Below, piece by piece: positions 55,601 through 64,000 of a stretch of DNA of 64,000 bases. A program made the position numbers and the translations under genes. Under the pieces are notes generated by a model. The model did not search any database and had not been told where the DNA came from. It saw nothing but the letters and a program-made list of their open reading frames with translations. The DNA is from Bolinopsis microptera (Eukaryota), in contig NC_087073.1 in assembly GCF_026151205.1 (NCBI RefSeq), positions 10,266,636 to 10,330,635 of the forward strand, written 5' to 3'. Numbering within the stretch: the first letter of the stretch is position 1; each line of letters opens with the position of its first letter.

Positions 55601-56719
55601 TAAAGGCCTGTTGACTGCTCTTCGATGCTCTGAAAATCTATCGTGTGCTGTTCTACTCGTTTCCCCTATATTATATAATTCTTGACATAATATACACGTG
55701 ACTTTGTATGTGTGTAAAATCTTGATATCGTTTCTAAAAAGGCTGCGTTTTTATAAATTTTTAAAGTCAAAAAGCTGAAATTGTCCTTTTCACTTTTCGG
55801 GCTTATTTTAACCAAAAAGTCAGTCAGGGAAGATCGGATTGTTTTGATGCTTGACATGAAATTGTTCTCTGAATTCTGGCGCAGTTTTTGATGTCCTCAA
55901 AAATGTGATTACTAATTTTTCTTCAGATCTATTGGACCTCAAAGCCAAACAACAAATTAAGGCACATTATTCGTTTTTCATATTTACTGATTTTTCTAAA
56001 ATTTTGATAGGAATGTGCTAGTGACTTTACGAAGGGTGCAAAATAACCGCAACAATATTTATGTTGTACGACCGCCCACGTGCAAATAGATGAGAAATAG
56101 GTAGTTGCAAAGTAACCATGGTAACGTTGTTAAAATGTGTACGTGCAAGTGCAAGGATTTGAGAGGGGCATTTTAATCGTTTTTTGTTATTACGTGGTGT
56201 TCAGTGCGAACTATATTTAATTGGCTGTATCTTCGGTTGTGATGGATATTTGTTGATGCTATAAAAACTGACAACCAAAGAATACTATTAGCTTCCTCCC
56301 TGTGACCACAGGCTCTCTAGTTTATATATAAGTTATTAACAACAAAACACCCTAAAATGCTTCTCTTTGAAGTTATGGGAGAAAATGTGATTTTTTGACT
56401 TTGCAGATAAAAAATGACTTACTGGGTATTTCGGCCCAGGAAGGTCGTAGAGACTTTTCCGATACAACAAAATTTGCCTAGTAGTCACTAGTCATAATCA
56501 TATTTATGTACAACTTATGAAGCAACTTATGAAGCAATATAGGTATGCTTTAAACGGTTTGGTCTTGACGCAGTTCATAATGTCCGCCTATGCCCAGTAC
56601 AGACTCCTATCTTGTCCTTTTTGGATTCTATGAGACATAAGCGGATCGTGTCAGTGTCACCCGACCAAGATTATAGCCTAAGAGTCTGGTCCGTGATTTC
56701 TGCGATATAATTCAATCTA

Positions 56720-56848
56720 TACTGGGCGGCGCTCAGCCTGTCAGTGTCATTCTGCCGAATTATCTCTATTCGGTCATGTTTATGAAAATTATAGCGGATG
56801 ATATTGCTCAAACAGAAGTAGTAGTACCACTGGTGATTCTGCACTGGT
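56720..56848. mobile_element. Short MITE, TACTGGGCGG family, copy 4 (reverse orientation). Right boundary approximate.
   Basis: TACTGGGCGGCGCTCAGCCTGTCAGTGTCATTCTGCCGAATTATCTCTATTCGG is the reverse complement of the 16357-16463 copy's end. The far end resembles CACTGGTA. Confidence 0.3.
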
Positions 56849-59800
56849 AAATAAACGGAAATATACCGGTTGGCGGTTAAGAAGGTAATATTCCTAAAAA
56901 TTACCCTCTCTTCATCCAGTTATTTGCGTGCTAGTTACTAGATCGGCAACGATGACGAAGAGATAAGAAGAGATAAGAACAAGCAGACGTTACATGCAAC
57001 ATGTTGAGGGATGCTCGACATTTGGCACAGGCGATAGCATTTGGCAACCAACTTTAGACTATATATATGTGGTTATGGATAATATTCATTGATCGGGGTT
57101 TTTAATCTTTTATGACATTGCGATACAATTTTTATACGTATTGACTTTTAGTCCTTTATCTTTTTGTTACGAATTCATCAAATCATTTTTCTAAGTCTTG
57201 GCTAATAGTAATTAAATCTCTAACTCAAAGCATCTCGCCGCGACAAATATCATTCAGCTGTAATTGTATCAGTTGTATCATGCCCACAGCCCATGGGTCT
57301 ACTATTAGTAGTTTACTACTAAGTACTAGTAGTACTAATCTAAGATCAACTGTTCCACATGATCATATACAGCCTATCAGCGTAGGTGAGATAAGCATGT
57401 TCGAGATAAACCCGATTAGATTGCACCTTGACCATTGACGTAATCATCTTTAAGCTTTCCCATTTAACATTTATATTAATCAGCGAAAGGTAATTTTCTT
57501 TTCATAGCGTAGTTGGTCAAATACAGTTATATTTTCTGCGTCCCATAAAATATTGTATTTGTTGCTCAACTACTCCTACTATATACTCTAACAGGTCAAA
57601 TACCTTTCAGAGTCGAAGTTGACTGCATTGAAAAACAACGCGATAACAGATAAAAACTCTCGTGATCGTAGTATTACAGCGGCTCCTGAAATCAGAGTGT
57701 TTTATTTCATTGCCCTAGTTTTTATGCGAATTTTCCTGCTGGTGTTTCCGTGAATGTTCTATTTGCTCTATGAAGCTTTTGTTGGTATGTTTGCGCTTCT
57801 CTAGTTGTGGAATTTTCGAGTTAATATTTGAATCATACGATTACGAGCTTGTTACAATCATCACGTTACAATCACCTCATCAATCTGACGAACAAGCATC
57901 CTACATAGTTAATAGTACATCAGCGATCAACCAACGAGGTCCGGGGATTGAAGCAATCGCCAATCGATTGTGGTGCGACAAGGCACTTTCTATATTTAGT
58001 AACGTGATTGTTACACGCTCTGATACTTAATCCTTTAATACGACATACGTTGTTGTAACAAGCTCGGATGGTTGGTCCTTTGGTCGATACGTCACGATTG
58101 CTACAAGCTATTATGTCTTTTCCTCTTATTGCTAGTTGGCAGTTGCTGCTTGCTTCATGCTGGCCCCCAAAACTCATAGTCCCTTGAGTAGGTCGTTACA
58201 ACAGCACGCGGCCATTTTAGCGCGCATCACGTGACACTGAATACCACGTGCACACGACCATTGCAGCTGAAATAGTAACCACATTGCGCGCTTACATTTC
58301 CAGTTTGTAGCTGTACACTGCAAGTACATTTTAAGTGTAATACACTGAAACCTCCTGCTTCGTTGCAAATGTAACGTTGTTATTGAGTTGTTGCGACATG
58401 TTCTCCAAGTTCTTTGCTTTAGTCTGCTATTTTTATCTCAGCTACAGTCTACACTGTGTACCTCAGTCGTTCTGGACGGACCAGAATTAATTACCAGTAC
58501 TAATATCATTGATCTTGACACTTTCCGACCGGATTGTTTATAAGATCACGGTCCTTTTCATCAATTCAATTTTATCCCGATACTCATTTTCATTGTCATT
58601 AGTGACTTTCTTTAGTTTCAATAACCAATGTTAAAGTTTCTTATTCGGTGTTCGCCTGCGACGGATCGAGATCTTATTTTTTAAAGGGGTGGGTTAGATC
58701 GAGGCGATTGCATTATTAGAGAAATTTGTTCACCCTAGGACCAGGATGTCTACTCATTTTGTTACTTATACAATATTTATTTCTGAGGTCAACATATTGT
58801 TATTAAATCTTTAGTCTATATTGTTAAATTTGAGCAAAGTTCAAGCTGGGCACAATAATTTTGTAGTTAACATTAAAAAGTTTGGGGGAAATAACCGTCT
58901 TGCACACTCCCGACCACTGTCCACTTTAACTCATTTTTTTCATAGAGTGATGGAAAAAATTACATTTGAAGCACAAAGAAGCTGTGTTTAAATATTCAAA
59001 AAACTTTCGTCCTCCACCCTTGCTCGACGTTGCACACCTCTCGTGAACGCGATCAAAAGGGGTTGCAGCGTGTGTCAACTCCACCCCTGGCCACTCCCTC
59101 GTACAGAATGTTACTATAAATAGTAACATAACGTACTGGTTTAACATATACAGTATTTACATCTACAATGCTTACATTTTTTCGTAAGTGCTATACTTAC
59201 TAAAGTAATGAATCATAAATAATAAACTCTTCCAGTTTCGAGGATTCAAAATGCCCAGCTTATACGATGTCGGGATTGTCGTATAAGGGGTAATTTCCAA
59301 GAGTGTCTGATTATTATGTCCTTTGAATGTATAATATTATTTACATGCTCGGGAGGAAAGCAGGTACTTGTTCCAAATTTCATACACACGTAGAAATTTT
59401 AATGCGGTGACACCTGCAATGAAGATTAGATTAGATTAAGAATAATAACATAAACATCATCACTAGTTTTAAACATTCTTTCTGATTTCCTCATTATCAG
59501 AACTGTGAAAATTTCACAGCCTTCGTCATTAAAAAACAAACAAATTCTATAACTAACATAATTGTCATAATTTATTTACATATAGTACGTAGAAATTAAA
59601 TTAATGAGTTTTTTTTTTAAAGTTTTAAAAGTTACGTAAAAACCGTTAATAAAAAAATAAAATAAAATAAAAACAAATTCATGAGATATTTATTCCTTTC
59701 TCTTGGCAACACACGGATTTTTATATAAATATGAATGAATCACAAACGAATTTACTTGCGGGACTAAAGAAAATATTAGAAGAGATCTAAAAATGCTGTA

Positions 59801-60470
59801 ACAGACTTATCTATTGGAAAATGTCTATGAAATAGCAATTTTCATTCCATCTGTACATAAACATACACTATCGATCAAGAATAATAATAACATAAATGAG
59901 TGTAAGGAAATATCACGTATTTAGTTATAGGTACACCCCGGCTCAATTTACTGTAACACGCCGGTAATCGTTAATGACTGGTGCCCTCCACGCCGGGCAA
60001 GAGACAGGCACGTAGTGCTGCACGCCGGATCGCTCCTGAAAACAGCAGCCTCTGATGCAGCAAGCCTGAGCGGCATGATTTATACCTGTAAATGCATACG
60101 AACTCTTCAAACAGGCTATTTTCTTGATAATCATGCGTTAGACCGTCCAATCTCTTAGTTTTTAGCCTTAAAACACGTCGATTGGCAGCTAGTTTCATAT
60201 GTACTACTTTTCCGCTGTGTTGTATAATTGTCGTACTGTTCACCATGTACATTGTTGTAAACTTTACTATACATTTCTGCGTCTTCCAAAAGTTCATAAT
60301 TCTTAAGTTATTTGCTTTTGTATTTACTATGTTACTATACCCTTCAGCTGCAGCCTACTTTCTGGAAGTAGGCTGGCAGTTCAATCATCTGCTCCTTTGT
60401 TCTGCTAGTGTAGTTGTTGAAACTTTGTACATGACAATTACTCGATTACAGTTAATGATCAGATGATGCA

Positions 60471-60564
60471 ATGAGTGAGGGTAAAGGCATAGTAATCTCA
60501 GGGCTTTCGGGCCGCTTTCCTAATTCTAACAATGTGGATGAGTTTTGGGACAACCTTGTTGCTG
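60471..60564 (+). CDS. FASN: Fatty acid synthase (animal type I FAS) exon 1, ketoacyl synthase N-terminus
   Basis: MSEGKGIVISGLSGRFPNSNNVDEFWDNLVA(G) aligns to the animal FAS start, of the form M..VVIAGMSGKLPES.NLQEFWDNLIGG. Donor G|GTAAGT. Confidence 0.85.
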
Positions 60565-60818
60565 GTAAGTTCTTAAATGTGCACAATTTAAATTGTACAA
60601 TGCATGAATGCACATTGATCATCCAATGAAGATGTTTCATTGCTTCCGAAGCAGTTATGATTCACATACCATTAATAAACTATTTTAATTTGGCGCATTT
60701 CAAAAAATGTTGGCATTTAGTAGTTATCAAACGAATCATGTACCTACTACATACTGGCTCACTAGGCTTACACCGGGCATTGTTCGTTTAACTAAATGAT
60801 AAACCCATTGTTTCGCAG

Positions 60819-61014
60819 GAACGGACATGATCACTGATGAGCCGAGAAGGTGGCCTGCTGGAATATTTGGTCTGCCGGAGAGAGCTGGACTTCTCCACGA
60901 CATAGATTCCTTTGATGCCTCCTTCTTCGGGGTCAGTGCCAAGCAGGCCCATCAGATGGATCCTCAGCTCAGAATTTTACTGGAAGTTGCTTACGAAGCA
61001 ATACTTGACTCAGG
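60819..61014 (+). CDS. FASN: FASN exon 2 (KS)
   Basis: [64 protein letters not shown] matches the animal FAS pattern VDMVTDDDRRW...[26 protein letters not shown]. Confidence 0.85.
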
Positions 61015-61279
61015 TTAGAAATAAGGATTATCTACATATTTGAATTTATAATTATCATATTATGGGGTTTCTAATAGCATTACAAATATATCAAGGTGTG
61101 ACTACGAAGCCCCTCCAGTAAATTTTAAACCCTGACTTCAAACCCTAATTACACGAGATGTTATAGGATGATTCCAAATTGGTAGCCAAATTAATATCTG
61201 GTTAATGATTCCCTGATTATGATAGCCCCCATACATAGTACTATTCTGTTAGGATAACTACCCGACTATTTTATTCCAG

Positions 61280-61638
61280 GATACCACCCGAGCGAGCTAA
61301 AAGGTAAGAAGATAGGTGTGTATGTAGGCGGATCCTCCTCTGAAGCTTACGATGCGTGGTCATCAAACGCTGACGCCCAAACAGGATATGGTTTACTCGG
61401 CTGCTGCCGGTGCATGCTTGCTAACAGAGTAGCCTTCACTTTCGACTTCAGAGGACCCAGTTATACTCTGGACACTGCCTGCAGTTCCTCCATGTTCGCT
61501 CTGGATGCTGCTTTCAAAAGTATCCAGCTTGGAGAGTGTGACATGGCTCTGGTGGCGGGGGTTAACCTTCTGTTAAAACCTAATTGTTCCCTAGACTTCC
61601 ACAGACTTTCTATGCTTTCCCACGATGGCTCTTGTAAG
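61280..61638 (+). CDS. FASN: FASN exon 3 (KS active-site Cys)
   Basis: ...FDFRGPSYTLDTACSSSMFALDAAFKSIQLGECDMALVAGVNLLLKPNCSLDFHRLSMLSHDGSCK. DTACSSS is the KS catalytic cysteine motif. Confidence 0.9.
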
Positions 61639-61803
61639 GTATGTGCCATATGGTTCAGACTTGGGAACAAGCCAGTTTCAAAGTTTTAATACGAATACTT
61701 ACGCTATGGAAATTTATTGACAGATATGCTGGTCGTTGAGTAGGGGGTTTTTGTGATGTCCTAACTAACTTTCCTTTTTCATAGACTGACTCACCCGTTT
61801 CAG

Positions 61804-61928
61804 GTATTTGATGAAGGAGCTAACGGATATGTTAGAGCTGAGACAGTTTCTGCAGTAGTTTTATGTAGGGAAAATCTCTCCAGAAGAGCCTATGCGAGAA
61901 TTCTTGGCACCCGAACAAACACTGATGG
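61804..61928 (+). CDS. FASN: FASN exon 4 (KS)
   Basis: VFDEGANGYVRAETVSAVVLCRENLSRRAYARILGTRTNTDG. Confidence 0.85.
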
Positions 61929-62123
61929 GTCAGTCCTTAACCTGAATTTAGGGCAATTTTTCACCGTCCTTAGTCCTTATCCTGAATCGTGGGCTCTTTT
62001 TTACTGCCCTGAACTTATGCTCATGTAGTTCTAACCAATTTTCAAGGGAGAACCACACCCTCCCTATGTCAAATAATTGATTCTTATAAGTTATAATAAT
62101 ATTTACATTCTAAACCTGTGTAG

Positions 62124-62253
62124 TTACAAGAGTACTGGGATAACGTATCCGAACCATGAGATACAGGCTGAGTTGCTGAGCGACCTGTACGAGGCAGCTG
62201 GGGTTTCGCCTGACGATGTGTACTATCTTGAAATGCACGGGACTGGAACTCAG
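62124..62253 (+). CDS. FASN: FASN exon 5 (KS His motif)
   Basis: YKSTGITYPNHEIQAELLSDLYEAAGVSPDDVYYLEMHGTGTQ. EMHGTGT is the KS HGTGT motif. Confidence 0.85.
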
Positions 62254-62362
62254 GTGACATTCTTTACTTGAAATTCTTGTCTTTCTGCCGAATTTCAAAA
62301 TATTTTGAGTATTGCACGCACCGAAAGTAGATACATATAAACTATGTTGTTTTCCATCCCAG

Positions 62363-62575
62363 GCTGGTGATACACAAGAGATGTTGGGAGTTGAGAAGTA
62401 TTTCCTGGATAATGGGGCCCGATCCTCTGACGCCCCTCTTTATGTTGGCAGTGTTAAGAGCAACATGGGCCACAGTGAGCCTAGTAGTGGGGTGGCAGCC
62501 CTTACTAAGATACTCCTGTCATACCACTACAAGAAGATACCAGCCAACATCAACTTCAACAAACCCAACTCTAAG
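62363..62575 (+). CDS. FASN: FASN exon 6 (KS second His motif)
   Basis: AGDTQEMLGVEKYFLDNGARSSDAPLYVGSVKSNMGHSEPSSGVAALTKILLSYHYKKIPANINFNKPNSK. Confidence 0.85.
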
Positions 62576-62765
62576 GTTTCTTTTATTTAATTAAGGGATT
62601 CGTTCATTTTTGGGATTTAGCCATGAACTTGGTCATTAAATTTTGAAACGAGACAGGTGGAGTAAAATAGGGTTTCTATCCTGGCGGAGCAGGTTTAATT
62701 AACGTGTCAATATCAAATAGTTAAAGTTTATCGAATGTTTAAATATTAAATATGCACTTTTCCTA

Positions 62766-62889
62766 GTTGAAGCCACTCGTTGATGGAACTGTTGTACCTG
62801 TCACATCGCATTTAGAGCTACGATCGGGGGATATCATCGGAATTAACTCATTTGGATTCGGTGGAGCTAATGCTCATGTCATTTTACAG
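62766..62889 (+). CDS. FASN: FASN exon 7 (KS C-terminus)
   Basis: LKPLVDGTVVPVTSHLELRSGDIIGINSFGFGGANAHVILQ. Confidence 0.85.
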
Positions 62890-63076
62890 GTTAATAACTT
62901 GATTACGGGAAACATTTCAAATTCATAGAATTTGAAGTTTTGAAATCTCTGAGAATATTTTAAGTTTCCGAGAATTCTTAGTCTAGTATTATATTAATAG
63001 TTAAGTTAATAAAAAGTTAATAAAAATATGAATAGTTAAGTTAATAAAAGGCTGAATCTAACTCGCAAAACCCCAG

Positions 63077-63235
63077 GGAGTATCGGGAGATGAGCCACGA
63101 CCTGTAAACTCGGAGATTCCCATCCTTGTTCCGTATTATAATCGGAGACCAGAACAAACCCAGTCAGCGCTGTGTCAGATTAGAGATGAGCACGTTACCC
63201 ATGACAAACTCAGCTACCTTCACATGATATCTCAG
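63077..63235 (+). CDS. FASN: FASN exon 8 (KS-MAT linker)
   Basis: GVSGDEPRPVNSEIPILVPYYNRRPEQTQSALCQIRDEHVTHDKLSYLHMISQ. Acceptor ccccag, donor CAG|GTTAGC. Confidence 0.7.
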
Positions 63236-63346
63236 GTTAGCGAGCTTTTATCTATGTTTCTGTGAAAAAAGAACAGCTTATTTCACACTTGGCAGTCTAG
63301 TGCAGTTTAGAGAATCCTATGTAGACAATAAGTTTGATTTATTCAG

Positions 63347-63528
63347 GGTTCTGCTGCAACAAATGTTACAAGAGGATTTGTTATTTTAAACGGAGTAAAG
63401 AAAGAACCAATAGTAGCTGAGAGTAGCCCTGCAGCAGAGAAACGGCCCTTGTGGTTCGTAATGACTGGTATGGGGGCACAGTGGCACGAGATGGGAAAAG
63501 ACATGCTCAAATACGAAACATTTAGACG
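63347..63528 (+). CDS. FASN: FASN exon 9 (MAT N-terminus)
   Basis: ...KRPLWFVMTGMGAQWHEMGKDMLKYETFR matches the animal FAS pattern PLWFICSGMGTQWRGMG. Confidence 0.8.
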
Positions 63529-63636
63529 GTACGTAAAATGTGAACTGGTAAAATACTTATTAATGGTGTTCAAATAGCAAGGTCAATTTACTGGCTATTT
63601 GGTAAAGTTATTGAGATTTTACAAATAATACTTCAG

Positions 63637-63907
63637 GTCAATAGAAGAGTGTTCCGGAGCGCTAGCCTCTGTTCCAGGATGTACAATAGACCTACACCAC
63701 CTGCTCACCTCCCCCGCAGCCGAGCTGCAGAGTGCAGAGAACGCATTTGTCGGGCTGTGCGCAGTCAGATAGGTCTGGTGGACCTGCTGTGCGAGTTTGG
63801 GTTGAAGCCTGATGGGCTTTTGGGGCACAGTGTAGGGGAACTGGTGTGTGGGTACGCTGACGGCTGTTTGGATGCCGGACAAACCATCTTAGCTAGTTAC
63901 TTCAGAG
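63637..63907 (+). CDS. FASN: FASN exon 10 (MAT active-site GHSVGE). It contains an apparent 1-nt frameshift near 63766-63767.
   Basis: ...SAENAFVGLCAV then a frame change, then QIGLVDLLCEFGLKPDGLLGHSVGELVCGYADGCLDAGQTILASYFRG. The gene continues beyond the window end. Confidence 0.75.
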
Positions 63908-64000
63908 GTACTTCTTACTTTAGTAATGTGAACAAGCTCTCACAAGGAAACATCTCCTAATTGTTAAAATCATCAGATTGTTAGATCATCAGTTTATTGG

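Noticed and set aside
1-64000. CRISPR arrays, operons or other prokaryotic defence-system architecture
   Set aside because: The sequence has spliced genes with GT-AG introns, LINE and Penelope retroelements and animal FASN. All the regularly spaced repeats are eukaryotic satellites or transposon TIRs, not repeat-spacer arrays.

Overview
This window reads as eukaryotic genomic DNA from a non-insect metazoan: it is AT-rich, contains spliced multi-exon genes, and carries degenerate TTAGGG telomere-like arrays inside repeats. It is transposon-dense.

Host genes I can support:
- A C2H2 zinc-finger gene on the minus strand (~4.4-5.1 kb).
- A multi-pass membrane transporter-like gene on the minus strand (5.4-6.6 kb).
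- Two convergent paralogous 3-exon genes for small secreted proteins (17.3-19.2 kb on +, 24.3-25.4 kb on -). Sushi/CCP-domain exons lie just downstream of the + copy.
- A type-I membrane protein 3' end on the minus strand (TNFR/ephrin-like Cys-rich exon plus a TM-tail exon, 15.6-16.3 kb).
- A frameshifted rhodopsin-like GPCR, probably a pseudogene (26.8-27.7 kb, minus).
- A large ERCC6L/PICH-like SNF2 ATPase gene (32.4-39.8 kb, +) with an expanded N-terminal TPR-like array.
- A small 2-exon gene (51.0-51.6 kb, +).
- The 5' part of an animal type-I fatty acid synthase (FASN) gene, KS through MAT domains, running 60.47 kb to the window end on the + strand.

Mobile DNA:
- A 5'-truncated non-LTR retrotransposon of the restriction-like-endonuclease type (RT, CCHC, PD-D/E-K), 7.26-11.18 kb.
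- A full Penelope-like element (RT plus GIY-YIG endonuclease) with a partial upstream tandem copy and a 12-13 bp target-site duplication, 20.19-23.84 kb.
- A repeated ~400-460 bp MITE family carrying TTAGGG-like arrays and CACGTG palindromes, three loci.
- Several other small MITE/hairpin families, plus micro- and minisatellites.

The most unusual signal is a family of foldback/TIR DNA elements whose extreme termini are long homopolymers: a 5' G run (17-30 nt) and a 3' C run (7-20 nt). They show flanking duplications of 7-8 bp or TTAA. One copy sits inside the retrotransposon RT ORF, and removing it restores the reading frame. Three copies are nested within one another at 41.85-47.40 kb. Another lies 61 bp upstream of the ERCC6L-like start codon.

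No prokaryotic-type systems (CRISPR, operons) are present.
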